The position numbers were made by a program, and so were the translations under genes. DNA of 64,000 nucleotides from a virus: the IMG/VR virus record IMGVR_UViG_3300042923_000607, positions 52,240 through 116,239 of that record; one strand, written 5' to 3'. Under the pieces are notes generated by a model. It made no database searches. It saw only the letters and a list, made by a program, of their open reading frames with translations, and had not been told where the DNA came from. Shown one piece after another: positions 40,391-49,964 of the stretch. Each line of letters starts with the position of its first letter. The stretch's first letter is position 1.

Positions 40391-41053
40391 TTATTTATAA
40401 AATGAGTGCCCGCTATTATCTGTGAACAAATATTTTAAGGCCAAGAACCACTTCTTATTTTTTGATGATTTCACATCGTTTGGGTTACAAAAAAACAATG
40501 CCTCGTTAACGACTCCATTAAGTAAAATTTCATCTACTGCTTTCCTGGTATCATCTGTTATAATGACTTCATAATATCGTTTGTCCGCTATTGGCGAAAA
40601 CTGCCTTTTTTGGAATACTACTTTCTCAATTGTATCTGGGAATTCATCGCTTTCTAATCTATTAATTATCACACTAACAACGTTTTTCTTTGATTCTATA
40701 TCTCCACCTGTTACTTCAGCTTCGGTAATTCTTTCAAGTATTTCAACCTCACTCTTGCTGAAATTATATTTATATGTATCCTTAGCACCAGAGAGAGGTT
40801 TTGATTTCTTTTTACTCTCTCCAGTGGTAGATGGGGTGGGTGTTACAGTAGGAGTTATATATTCAACACCAATCGTTGGTGTAGGTGTCGGATCGCTAAT
40901 ATCCGACTGCGTGTAATAAATCTCATACTTATATTCTCTGCCTTCCTCATGAACGGAAGACTTATTCTTTTGCTTCCACTCAAATGAGCTGACTAGTAAG
41001 GTCATGGCGATTACTACAATTAAGCCGCCACTTAGTAGACTCTCTTTTCTCAT
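40391..41053 (-). CDS. SleB/CwlJ-like cell wall hydrolase (Hydrolase_2) with N-terminal TM
   Basis: EAE, V..VIINR....FPDTI..VVFQ..QFSP, ALFF, H.FY. Confidence 0.88.
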   Translation of the reverse strand: MRKESLLSGGLIVVIAMTLLVSSFEWKQKNKSSVHEEGREYKYEIYYTQSDISDPTPTPTIGVEYITPTVTPTPSTTGESKKKSKPLSGAKDTYKYNFSKSEVEILERITEAEVTGGDIESKKNVVSVIINRLESDEFPDTIEKVVFQKRQFSPIADKRYYEVIITDDTRKAVDEILLNGVVNEALFFCNPNDVKSSKNKKWFLALKYLFTDNSGHSFYK

Positions 41054-41086
41054 TTTGTGTTCCTTTCATTATGTTTTATTTGTTAG

Positions 41087-41590
41087 TTATTCAATAATCT
41101 CTATTTTTATCTTTCTTCCATTGAATCGGTCAAGTATATCCGAGATATCAATATCGCCCAGGAGAACTTCTTTCCAACCGTATGCATCATAAGTCACGTT
41201 TACCGTCCCTACGTATTTTGTAATTTGAGCATCTAGGAATCTATTTCTCAATGTTGCATATATTATGTCTTCGCTTAAGTAATTCCCTAGTGGCAAAGCA
41301 TCATCCATCCCATCAGTAAAATCAATGATATTTCCATTTTTGAGCAATAGATATATATTAAATCTATAAAACCCAAATCCATCCACTGGTGAATATCCGT
41401 CTACTTGATCAAAAGTCCTATAATCAGATGCTGTTATTTCATCCTTAAACTCCGCTTTGAGTTTTTCTAATGCCCTATAAACATTCATCGTGTATTCTTC
41501 TCTTCTGTCTATGCAATTGCTTTCGTGTCTTTTATAACTCAGGTATCCTTCTATGTCTTCTCCGCAGCTTTCACAATTATACTTACTCAT
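41087..41590 (-). CDS. Hypothetical protein with N-terminal zinc finger
   Basis: C..C...H...C; ATG at 41590 after GGAGG. Confidence 0.65.
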   Translation of the reverse strand: MSKYNCESCGEDIEGYLSYKRHESNCIDRREEYTMNVYRALEKLKAEFKDEITASDYRTFDQVDGYSPVDGFGFYRFNIYLLLKNGNIIDFTDGMDDALPLGNYLSEDIIYATLRNRFLDAQITKYVGTVNVTYDAYGWKEVLLGDIDISDILDRFNGRKIKIEIIE

Positions 41591-41742
41591 ATTAACCTCC
41601 AGATAATATTTTAATGTTGTATATGTTATATAGTATGCTATATTCATTAACTTGTTACTAGAATTTACTCTGGGGTATATGTACGATTAGTTTTTCATTC
41701 TGTATAGTTCTAGCTCTAAGCAACTTTTCTCCTTTCAATTAC

Positions 41743-41771
41743 ATTATATGTTCTATATGTTATTTTGTCAA
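41743..41771 (-). promoter_or_regulatory. Consensus sigma-A promoter whose spacer is the repeated operator motif
   Basis: TTGACA-AAATAACATATAGAACA-TATAAT. Confidence 0.85.
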
Positions 41772-41808
41772 CAGATTTATTTAAGATAAAATCCTAATTC
41801 TGTATCGT

Positions 41809-42147
41809 TTATTTAACTTTTTTAGCAACCCTTTCATAGACGTATCTCTCTTCGGTTAAGTTTTCTTTAATATAAATCTCCGCTTCTTCTTTTTTTGAAA
41901 ATAATGCATCAACGAAATATATCTTATTATCAGGAGACGTTTCGACACAATGTTGGAATTTCATATTCTCAGTGTCAGTTAAAATTGTCCCCATATAATA
42001 CCCACACCAAGAATCATATCCTTTAAATAGAGTTGTTGCCGTTTCTACTTCATATGGGTGTACAAACCAGCATAACCTTCCTAAATCGTACGGTAAATAC
42101 ATAACATTATCATTAACTACATTTGTATAATAATCAAAATCGTACAT
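41809..42147 (-). CDS. Hypothetical protein
   Basis: RBS plus ORF. Confidence 0.65.
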   Translation of the reverse strand: MYDFDYYTNVVNDNVMYLPYDLGRLCWFVHPYEVETATTLFKGYDSWCGYYMGTILTDTENMKFQHCVETSPDNKIYFVDALFSKKEEAEIYIKENLTEERYVYERVAKKVK

Positions 42148-42161
42148 ATTGGTTCTCCTTT

Positions 42162-42368
42162 CTATTTTATCTTATATATTTTATTGATGTCCATTTTTTT
42201 ATCTTGTGATAAAATGTCGTATTCTGATTGAGTCATTAATATGGGCATCTTTCCATACTTCCTGACTTTATTTTCAAATAAATCGTCCATTAAAAAATCT
42301 ATTAATTCTTGCTTTTCTTCTTCGTCCAAAGTTTCACTTAAATAATATTTCAATTTACCAATTGACAC
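42162..42368 (-). CDS. Hypothetical protein
   Basis: RBS plus ORF. Confidence 0.6.
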   Translation of the reverse strand: MSIGKLKYYLSETLDEEEKQELIDFLMDDLFENKVRKYGKMPILMTQSEYDILSQDKKMDINKIYKIK

Positions 42369-42901
42369 TAGGCGTTACCTCTCTCTTTGTTGATTTTCAA
42401 TGAATTGATAAAATTATTCAGTCTTTCAGCCACTCCATCGTTTCCTCCCATGTCAAAAACTGGGATGTTATGTGCCTTTGCAATTCTAATGGCCTGACCC
42501 GTTCCTCCTGAACCACTTCCATTTTTAGTCCAACAAATAATAAATGAACTTGGAGTTTTTAAATCGTACCCTAGTACTTGATAACAGTTTCTGGCTTGCA
42601 ACTTTCTAGCTCCATCAGATAATTTACTCCAATATGGGTGGAATTCTTCTGCTATTTTAAGGGCTTCCCCTGATGTGTTATATAAAGTAGATGAGGAATT
42701 TTCAAAACCTTTCCATGGAAGAAATATTTCTTTCTGGCCTCTAACACTATCACATCCAATTTCAAAAGCACTATCGGCTCCTTTAGCACCACCTGATCTT
42801 AAGACAAATCCTTTTTTCGCAAATATCATAGCAGCGTGTTCAAATTTTAGTAGCATATCTTTAGGGGTTTCTCTTGATCCTATACCTGCGTAATAAATCA
42901 T
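42368..42901 (-). CDS. SLOG/DprA-like nucleotide-binding protein
   Basis: YAGIGSRETP, LRSGGAKGAD, ARN, GGTGQA. Confidence 0.8.
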   Translation of the reverse strand: MIYYAGIGSRETPKDMLLKFEHAAMIFAKKGFVLRSGGAKGADSAFEIGCDSVRGQKEIFLPWKGFENSSSTLYNTSGEALKIAEEFHPYWSKLSDGARKLQARNCYQVLGYDLKTPSSFIICWTKNGSGSGGTGQAIRIAKAHNIPVFDMGGNDGVAERLNNFINSLKINKERGNA

Positions 42902-42926
42902 AATACTTCCTTTCTGAATAGAAATC

Positions 42927-43229
42927 TTATTTTACGTTAATTATATCATCTACAAGTTTAAACAATTCAAGCAAAGCATTCTGAACGTTATTTGTGTTAA
43001 TAACCTCATCAGACAAGTTGTCATCATTTAATTCAAGCAGCCAAAGATATTCTTTTTGATAATATGTAGCATCTCCTATAGCATCAGTTAATTTTTTATA
43101 TCTTCTTAAGTAGTTGATTGCCGTTGCTATTGCCAATGTTTCTATATTTTCTGTATAGCTACATCCTTGAACGCTTTGAGTTCCACAGGTTTGCTTTGCC
43201 CATTCAAGCCTCTTTATTAAATCTTCCAT
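42927..43229 (-). CDS. Hypothetical protein
   Basis: ATG at 43229 after AAGGAG. Confidence 0.6.
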   Translation of the reverse strand: MEDLIKRLEWAKQTCGTQSVQGCSYTENIETLAIATAINYLRRYKKLTDAIGDATYYQKEYLWLLELNDDNLSDEVINTNNVQNALLELFKLVDDIINVK

Positions 43230-43257
43230 TATTTCTCCTTTTATAAATAATTTCTTT

Positions 43258-43590
43258 TTATTTATCTTTGATGGTATACAAATCTCCATCTTTTACCAAT
43301 ATTTCATATTTTTCATTGAACTCAATCAAGCTAACTTCATTACTTATTGTAACTTTGTATTCATATTTGCCAGTATTGAATCTTATAGGTTCTTCTATCA
43401 TCATCATTATTGATATAAAAGCTGTACAAGCTATAATGATACCTAATGCCCTAAGTATAACATGTTTGTGCTCTATGACTAAGTACAATCCGTAAAACAG
43501 TAAAATGCAAGCAACAATTACAATTATTATATTAATTTCAGTATTTGTTTCATATATTTGTATCTTACTTAATACGTCCAATCCATCCAA
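43258..43590 (-). CDS. Two-TM membrane protein
   Basis: Two hydrophobic segments; YKVTI...VS..EF.EKYEI. Confidence 0.7.
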   Translation of the reverse strand: MDGLDVLSKIQIYETNTEINIIIVIVACILLFYGLYLVIEHKHVILRALGIIIACTAFISIMMMIEEPIRFNTGKYEYKVTISNEVSLIEFNEKYEILVKDGDLYTIKDK

Positions 43591-43606
43591 TTAATTCACC
43601 TCCAAA

Positions 43607-43819
43607 TCAATGTTTGATAGCATAGTTTTTTATTTTTTCTTTAAACTCATCTCTTGTACATCCATAAAAAGATATTCTATTCAGTTGAAGTTTTTTGATT
43701 AAATACAGTTCCCTCTCACAAGACTCTAGCCAACATTCATCTTTGTTAGTTTTTTGTTCTTTGTCTTGAATCCTGGCGATTTCAGTTCTTAGCAAATATT
43801 CACATATCAATTCGTTCAA
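43607..43819 (-). CDS. Hypothetical protein
   Basis: RBS plus ORF. Confidence 0.6.
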   Translation of the reverse strand: MNELICEYLLRTEIARIQDKEQKTNKDECWLESCERELYLIKKLQLNRISFYGCTRDEFKEKIKNYAIKH

Positions 43820-43866
43820 AGATACAACTCCTTTCTTAAATCACGATAAAACGACTCTTTCATACA

Positions 43867-44103
43867 CTATTTTTCATTAGTATCAACTAAATCCATAGGT
43901 CTGAAATGCCTAATGAATCCAACAGTACTTGTTTTGTCTATCGTGTGTTCACACTTTACAATACTCTTCGTTTTATCAGGGCTGTTCCATTGCCCTTTTT
44001 TATATATTTCTAACACCTTAACCCATCCATAGTATTGAGTGAATTGTCCGCCTGTATTATTCAATCGATAATATTTCCCAACTTGAATATCTTGTAGTCT
44101 CAT
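43867..44103 (-). CDS. Hypothetical protein
   Basis: RBS plus ORF. Confidence 0.65.
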   Translation of the reverse strand: MRLQDIQVGKYYRLNNTGGQFTQYYGWVKVLEIYKKGQWNSPDKTKSIVKCEHTIDKTSTVGFIRHFRPMDLVDTNEK

Positions 44104-44135
44104 TTAGATTTCCTTTCTTAATTAGTGAAGCAAAT

Positions 44136-44540
44136 TTAGATTTGGTCTACTTTACCATTATTGAAAAACCATTTCCATGTAGCTTCATCTTCTCCTTCAA
44201 AACTTAGATAAGAATCAGATTCAACATATTGAGCTAAGGAATTAAAGAACACATCTTCGTCCCCATATTTCTCTCCCGTAAATTCTACATCGCATATGTC
44301 TCCGATTGAATTATATGTAGGCTTATATCTTATTTCTTCCAATGCTTCTTCGAGCGTCGTACTTTCTAGAACTGTTTGTGTGTCAACCCAACTAAAATGA
44401 GGATGCTCTTCCCCATTGATATAATCTTTACAGGTCATATTTTCAGGAATAAACACGCTTTTCAAGCTTTCCAAAGCTTTTGCAAAATTCTCTTTTTTAA
44501 TAGAAAAGCTACTATCTGTCATTTCAATGCAATATCCCAT
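44136..44540 (-). CDS. Hypothetical protein
   Basis: RBS plus acidic ORF. Confidence 0.7.
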   Translation of the reverse strand: MGYCIEMTDSSFSIKKENFAKALESLKSVFIPENMTCKDYINGEEHPHFSWVDTQTVLESTTLEEALEEIRYKPTYNSIGDICDVEFTGEKYGDEDVFFNSLAQYVESDSYLSFEGEDEATWKWFFNNGKVDQI

Positions 44541-44602
44541 ATTCTTATTTCTCCATTTCTTGATCTAAAATTTGACTCGTGAACAAAATACATCTTTGAT
44601 AA

Positions 44603-44881
44603 TTATTTAATACCATCATTGTATAAAAGAGGATCACCTTCTGAGTTGAGTAGGACTGTCAGTCCAGCACCGTTGCCTCTTTTTATAAACAGATACTGCA
44701 CATTGGTGTTCTTATCTACATATATCCAACCATCTAATGAACTGACTTTCATAAATCTACTATCTTCTGCTTTTGTAGTATATGTACCTTCTGATGATGG
44801 CAGTGTAATTCCCCTTCCACATCCTGATAATGTTATAATGAAGCATAAAATTAAGCTTAGAACTAACATCTTCTTTCTCAT
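44603..44881 (-). CDS. Small lipoprotein (DUF6440-like)
   Basis: LSGC lipobox; VDK.T.VQYL...G.GLTVLL...G.P. Confidence 0.7.
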   Translation of the reverse strand: MRKKMLVLSLILCFIITLSGCGRGITLPSSEGTYTTKAEDSRFMKVSSLDGWIYVDKNTNVQYLFIKRGNGAGLTVLLNSEGDPLLYNDGIK

Positions 44882-44927
44882 TTCTCTCTTATTCCTTTCT
44901 AAGTAAAATGTACCTTTTATGTGCATA

Positions 44928-45344
44928 TTATTTTTGAAATCTATTCTTCCACTCCATAGTACTATGTATTTCTTCATCGTCTTCATTCTTTTTATACTGA
45001 TCAATCTTTGTTCTATACTTCTCAATGTAAGGAATGATGTCTCCCGCATATCCAGAACCAAACTCAAATTTACAATCATAATAATCTTCATATTTTGATC
45101 CATCCCATTCTGTAGTTATGCTCTCTAAGAACGGACAATCTTTACACTCATATTCTTTTTCTTTACAAGCTATATGCTTAAGAGCATACCAATCTTCTAT
45201 TACATCTATCCTCTCTAATAAAGACAAGTTGTTCTTTCTTGATGCAGTATCAATATCGTTTTGAAGAATATTTAATTGCTCATTAATATGTTTCATAGCC
45301 ATCTTGGCCTTTGATAATGGTCTATCTTCCCATGTTTTACTCAT
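44928..45344 (-). CDS. Hypothetical protein
   Basis: RBS plus ORF with a Cys cluster. Confidence 0.65.
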   Translation of the reverse strand: MSKTWEDRPLSKAKMAMKHINEQLNILQNDIDTASRKNNLSLLERIDVIEDWYALKHIACKEKEYECKDCPFLESITTEWDGSKYEDYYDCKFEFGSGYAGDIIPYIEKYRTKIDQYKKNEDDEEIHSTMEWKNRFQK

Positions 45345-45454
45345 TTAAACTCCTTTCAAATTTCACAAACAAACCCTCATTTGGTTGACAATTCGTGTTA
45401 TATTTATTAGTTATCCGTGGGTATATACATAATTTATACATATGTTTTAAATAA

Positions 45455-45655
45455 TTATTCACGACTCCACTTGCCATCAAACGTATCGTCCACACACTCC
45501 TTATGTCCGCAATCAGGGCATTCTAAATGTGAACATGAAGTTCTTTTTCTTCCGGTCTTATATTGCCATTCCCCCGTTGTTTTATATTCTTCTTCTGTGA
45601 ACCAAATTGGATGTAGTTCACTTCCGCATCTCGGACACTCACCGTATTTACTCAT
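45455..45655 (-). CDS. Zinc-ribbon protein
   Basis: CPRCG...CPDCG. Confidence 0.7.
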   Translation of the reverse strand: MSKYGECPRCGSELHPIWFTEEEYKTTGEWQYKTGRKRTSCSHLECPDCGHKECVDDTFDGKWSRE

Positions 45656-45688
45656 AAAACTCCCTTCTGAATCAATCGTTGATTTTAT

Positions 45689-45976
45689 TTATAATTTACC
45701 ATATACTACAATCTCATAAAGATTAACATTATCTGATTCATTATTAATTACAGTAAACCAGCCTTGATCGTTTAATTCTTCTTGTCTTTCATAAACCTGT
45801 TCCAATTCCAAATTGTGAATCTTCCAAATTTCAATTAATTGAAACCCGTTATTTAGTTCATTTTTGTCTTTAACAGAATCAATTATCCATGACGCAGCTT
45901 TTCCTATTGATAGAATGGGAATCCATCCAATTAGGAAAAACAAGTATAAAAACATAATTAAACCGTCTTTCATCAA
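45689..45976 (-). CDS. Hypothetical membrane protein
   Basis: N-terminal TM, RBS. Confidence 0.6.
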   Translation of the reverse strand: MMKDGLIMFLYLFFLIGWIPILSIGKAASWIIDSVKDKNELNNGFQLIEIWKIHNLELEQVYERQEELNDQGWFTVINNESDNVNLYEIVVYGKL

Positions 45977-46092
45977 TTATCCTCCTCAATCCAAGTAACA
46001 CCAACGAGTTTGCTAAATTCTAACGCATTTTCTCTTTCAGCAATTATTTTATACTGTCCATATCCATAGAATATCAAATACATATTTTCCCC

Positions 46093-46320
46093 CTACATAG
46101 TTATTAGCTTATAGTCATTTACTGCAAAATCGGTTATTCTTTCAATATCTTCCATTTCCTTTAGTGTAAACCAATTATCAAACCAGATCGAATAATTTTC
46201 TTCATTAACATTCATATGTAAATAATACTTTTTAGGACAACCGTATTGAATCTGAATTCCCCAAATTGAACCGAAATGTTCATTGCCATTCTTTACAACC
46301 TTAAACGTATTATCTTTCAT
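46093..46320 (-). CDS. Hypothetical protein
   Basis: RBS plus ORF. Confidence 0.6.
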   Translation of the reverse strand: MKDNTFKVVKNGNEHFGSIWGIQIQYGCPKKYYLHMNVNEENYSIWFDNWFTLKEMEDIERITDFAVNDYKLITM

Positions 46321-46891
46321 GGGACTCCTTCCTGTTTAATATTTTAATTGCTTGTTTTACGTGTTTTCTTTTTAAGCCAGTGTCCTCATATGAGAGTCCT
46401 TGAATCATATCTCCCTCTGCCACCATACTTGTTTTAACCAATTCTTTGCCTACAAAAGATTGTAAGTCAAACGACTCATCATCAAGTATTACAAATCTAT
46501 CAACTTTAATATTAGTTTCTCTTAACCACTGATTTATTTCATCTTCTCTTTTGCCATGTTTGCTACTAGGAGTTATATCTATTACTTCTAGTTTGTATTT
46601 TGTAAGCAGGTCGTGGAGCCTTTTTTGATCATAATGCTTTTTCTCATATGGGGTATTCCAATATCCATGCCTCCAAGAACTTGACATTACTATTTTAGCC
46701 CCGGTCTTTCTTATTATTTTACTAAGTCGTCTTACATATTTTTCTTTCACTTCGAAGATTTTTAGAAAATTACGTACATATCGTGTGGGTATTTTTAATG
46801 CTTTTGATACATTAATAACAAAATACGTCCACTTGTTATATCCATTTAGAACGCCGTCCACGTCGAGGAAGCATATTTTAATAGTAATCAC
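46310..46891 (-). CDS. HAD-domain protein (Swiss-army-knife RNA-repair-like)
   Basis: FLDVDGVLN, IVMSSSWR, R.DEI..WL, FVILDD, GL. Confidence 0.8.
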   Translation of the reverse strand: MITIKICFLDVDGVLNGYNKWTYFVINVSKALKIPTRYVRNFLKIFEVKEKYVRRLSKIIRKTGAKIVMSSSWRHGYWNTPYEKKHYDQKRLHDLLTKYKLEVIDITPSSKHGKREDEINQWLRETNIKVDRFVILDDESFDLQSFVGKELVKTSMVAEGDMIQGLSYEDTGLKRKHVKQAIKILNRKESHER

Positions 46892-47044
46892 TCCTTTACT
46901 TTGCCAATTAATTTTTCAATTTCTTCATATGTTAACCAGTCCATCCTACTAACAGCTTCAACTCTCTTCGTTTCGCAGTGCTTCTCATAAGCAAGATAGA
47001 TAAACATTAATAACATTAGAATTATTATCATTTAAACTCCTTTC

Positions 47045-47242
47045 TCACTTTAATATTTTATACTTGTTACACAATTTTTTAGCGTCACAATCATTTCCCA
47101 TATAACCACAATTATCACAACTTGAAACTATAGGTGTCGCTCCACATTCAATTAACATTTTTTCAAATTCTTCATCACTAAGATTATTAAAAAAATCATC
47201 TATATATTTTAGTTCGTCCTCTAGATCCTTCCCATTTACCAT
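47045..47242 (-). CDS. Hypothetical protein
   Basis: RBS plus ORF. Confidence 0.55.
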   Translation of the reverse strand: MVNGKDLEDELKYIDDFFNNLSDEEFEKMLIECGATPIVSSCDNCGYMGNDCDAKKLCNKYKILK

Positions 47243-47266
47243 GTGTATTCCTTTCTCTATAAAACT

Positions 47267-47557
47267 CTAGTTCTTTGTAGATTTTAATTCCTCGATAATA
47301 AGAGAGTCTTTTAATATCTCATTTTCTAAATGTACTTTTAGCATCTCGACTACTTCAGATTTAGCGTCGTCTAACGTTTTAGCCTTCAACCATGAATAGT
47401 CATCTTCTTTATATGTTCTTGCGATAGATCCTTTATCTCCTTGTTTTAAGTATGCGACGTCATAACACCCATTGAACACAGATAAGACAAATTCATTTTC
47501 ATCATTTCTCCATTTAAAGCCTATCTCAACCACCTCCTTATTCAAACAAAAGTTCAA
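47267..47557 (-). CDS. Hypothetical protein (start probably near 47532)
   Basis: ORF; AAGGAGG near 47535. Confidence 0.55.
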   Translation of the reverse strand: MNFCLNKEVVEIGFKWRNDENEFVLSVFNGCYDVAYLKQGDKGSIARTYKEDDYSWLKAKTLDDAKSEVVEMLKVHLENEILKDSLIIEELKSTKN

Positions 47558-47559
47558 TT

Positions 47560-47757
47560 TTATATCTCAATATCAATTAACGGGCATTCAGCAGCACGCT
47601 CCGATGTTACTTTTGTGGTACCATTTAGATGTACACCTTTTCCACTGCCATAGCACAATCTGTCCGGATTCTCATACGGCCTCTTTTCGGAAGAATAGTA
47701 AACGCACTTATTACAGCACTTCGGGAAATCAGCCATGACACTTTTTGAAACTATCAT
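47560..47757 (-). CDS. Cys-rich hypothetical protein
   Basis: P.CC.KC...R...CPL. Confidence 0.6.
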   Translation of the reverse strand: MIVSKSVMADFPKCCNKCVYYSSEKRPYENPDRLCYGSGKGVHLNGTTKVTSERAAECPLIDIEI

Positions 47758-47782
47758 AATATTATCATCCTCTCTTCATCTA

Positions 47783-48058
47783 TTAATATTTTACCTGCGA
47801 AATAACTTCATCAAATTCATTAACGAATTTTTGTGCGATTAAATTAAAATAAGCTTTATTCTTTGTCTTTATTTTTATAACCCAGTTATTGTATTCGTCT
47901 GATGTTACTCCAATAAATTCAGTTCTAGTAACTTTATTTGCTTCGTCACACAATTTCATTATGTAGGATGTAAACAAATGTGTTCTAACCTGGTAAACGT
48001 CATTTGATCCACGTAGACCCTTCCCATTATGAAATTTCAATTTTCTTGTTCTGTACAT
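47783..48058 (-). CDS. Hypothetical protein
   Basis: RBS plus ORF. Confidence 0.6.
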   Translation of the reverse strand: MYRTRKLKFHNGKGLRGSNDVYQVRTHLFTSYIMKLCDEANKVTRTEFIGVTSDEYNNWVIKIKTKNKAYFNLIAQKFVNEFDEVISQVKY

Positions 48059-48118
48059 TTTACATCCTTTCTAAAAAACTCAATCAAACTTTTGTTTTAC
48101 GTTGTTCTATATGTTATA

Positions 48119-48409
48119 TTATTCTTTTATGTACTTCACGCTTATTTTGTCTATTCCAAATTCTTTACATACTAAGTATCTTACATACCCGTCTACTAGG
48201 CACTTTTTATTTCTTCTAATCTCAATCGTTACCGGGGTATCAATGTATCCTTTTTCTTTTACGAACTCCCTGCACTTATCCATTTTCCATTTCTTTGGAA
48301 TTGTTACCTCAAAATCTTTCGTTATATGTATTTCATTGATGTCTATTACTTCTTCTGTTCCATATGGCTGCTTATGTAAAAATTCATAAATACTCTCCCT
48401 AAGTTTCAT
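48119..48409 (-). CDS. ParB/sulfiredoxin-like small protein
   Basis: G....PV.I.....LVDGY.RY. Confidence 0.6.
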   Translation of the reverse strand: MKLRESIYEFLHKQPYGTEEVIDINEIHITKDFEVTIPKKWKMDKCREFVKEKGYIDTPVTIEIRRNKKCLVDGYVRYLVCKEFGIDKISVKYIKE

Positions 48410-48492
48410 TTAAATCTCCTTTCTTTGTGTTTTATATGTTATATACAAAAATGTGATACCAATTAACTCAAGCATCCCTCGCTGATAAGTTA

Positions 48493-48521
48493 ATGATATC
48501 ACACTCTAAATCATCTGTCAA
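48493..48521 (-). promoter_or_regulatory. Sigma-A promoter flanked by operator repeats
   Basis: TTGACA-17-TATCAT; operator copies at 48523 and 48428. Confidence 0.65.
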
Positions 48522-48546
48522 TTGTTTTATATGTTATTTAGTAAAA

Positions 48547-49071
48547 TTATTTTGTTGTACTTCCGAATCCACCGTTTCTTATATCTTCTACTGCATCGTC
48601 TTCTGTTATGCCGTATTCAACAAATATTCCTTGCATAAATCCTTCACCCTGATTGACAACAACTTCCTTTCCTTCGTTTCCATCGTTTGTCAGTTTAGCA
48701 AAGATATGCCCCTCATTGTCAGAGAAATAATAATCACTGTCAATTATACCTACTGTGTTGTCAAGTTGCAATCTGAATTTAAATCCCAATCCAGATCGTG
48801 GATAGCATTTAAGAACCCATCCATCATTCATTTTAACCCTTATTCCAGTGGGTATTTTTATTGATTCTTTAGGTAAAAGAAAGATAGAAATTGGTGCTTT
48901 AAAATCATACCCCGCCGAGTATTTTGTTCCTCGTGTGGGCAATTCTATGTTATCATAAACGAATTTTATTACTTCATCAGTATAAGCAGACAATGCCCCC
49001 GGAAGACTTTTCCAATCCTTTTTAAACTGTTCAAAACTAACTTTTTCAAATTTCGCCATTCTTATCATCAA
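48547..49071 (-). CDS. dut: Trimeric dUTPase
   Basis: SAGYD, PRSG, GIIDSDY, QGIF, RNGGFGST. Confidence 0.95.
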   Translation of the reverse strand: MMIRMAKFEKVSFEQFKKDWKSLPGALSAYTDEVIKFVYDNIELPTRGTKYSAGYDFKAPISIFLLPKESIKIPTGIRVKMNDGWVLKCYPRSGLGFKFRLQLDNTVGIIDSDYYFSDNEGHIFAKLTNDGNEGKEVVVNQGEGFMQGIFVEYGITEDDAVEDIRNGGFGSTTK

Positions 49072-49393
49072 TTATTTCCTCTTCCTCTGATTTAAATTTT
49101 CTAATAGTTCCAGATTTCTGAGCATCCTTAACCACTTTGCTTGCTTCATTTCTTTTAAGAAAAACTCTGTTCCCTAACAATGTGTTTGATATAAACTGTG
49201 CTGTTTTTGTAACAGTGTCAATCGCAACAAATGAGGTGTCATATATAGTCCTAACAACTAAGGTTTGAACATAACATATTCCAACTCTAGGAATTATTCT
49301 AGCATAAAATACCTCAGTCCCTTTCTTGATTGTTATATTGTTAATAGTTATTTCATCCAATGTTGCAATTGGTGAGATTATTTTATTCTTCAT
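49046..49393 (-). CDS. Hypothetical protein
   Basis: RBS plus ORF. Confidence 0.65.
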   Translation of the reverse strand: MKNKIISPIATLDEITINNITIKKGTEVFYARIIPRVGICYVQTLVVRTIYDTSFVAIDTVTKTAQFISNTLLGNRVFLKRNEASKVVKDAQKSGTIRKFKSEEEEIIDDKNGEI

Positions 49394-49402
49394 AAGACTC
49401 CT

Positions 49403-49618
49403 TTAATCGGTATACCGTAGAATCTCTTCTTCTGAAGGTTCAAACGGCAGCAACTCTTTCTGTATGTATTTTTGATCCCAGTCAGGACTTTGTCTGTTGC
49501 CCAAAATAGATGGACTAAATGCCACGGTAATTGAATCCATAATATACTCGGCTTCACAATCCTCTAATCTGGGGAACACGGCTTTTACTCTTCTTTCTAA
49601 TTCTTTTTTACAGGTCAT
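49403..49618 (-). CDS. Hypothetical protein
   Basis: RBS plus ORF. Confidence 0.6.
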   Translation of the reverse strand: MTCKKELERRVKAVFPRLEDCEAEYIMDSITVAFSPSILGNRQSPDWDQKYIQKELLPFEPSEEEILRYTD

Positions 49619-49672
49619 CTTTACTCCTTTCTAAACAAGTTGTTTGTTGTGTTTCATACTTATCTAAATAAT

Positions 49673-49930
49673 TTATTCATAATAGTCCTCGCCCCATGCA
49701 CTATATGCACTATTTAGCTGCTTGTTTAAAACTTCTATCCTCGATAGAAGTTCTTTCTTCTCTGTAATAAAAGAAGAATCAATCAAGTCTAATTGTTGGA
49801 TAATATCCCTTAATCTGCTAGCCAATATTTCATCTGACAACTTCTCAGTATGAAACTGGAGCTCCGCCATACAATCAAAAATTAACTGCATTGCAACCTT
49901 TAATGAATATCTTGGTTTGATTTCTTCCAT
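49673..49930 (-). CDS. Hypothetical protein
   Basis: RBS plus ORF. Confidence 0.6.
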   Translation of the reverse strand: MEEIKPRYSLKVAMQLIFDCMAELQFHTEKLSDEILASRLRDIIQQLDLIDSSFITEKKELLSRIEVLNKQLNSAYSAWGEDYYE

Positions 49931-49964
49931 TTTTATCCCTTCCTTTCACAATAGAAATATACTT

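Larger units (their letters stand above)
20372..48539. repeat. Dispersed 17-bp operator-like motif ATATAACATATA(G/A)AACA
   Basis: Copies at 20372(+), 24912(+), 37182, 41615, 41749, 48103, 48428 and 48523(-). Confidence 0.75.

Noticed and set aside
44882-45103. N-terminal extension of the 166-aa ORF 44603-45103
   Set aside because: It overlaps the upstream gene; the lipoprotein start with an SD is at 44881.
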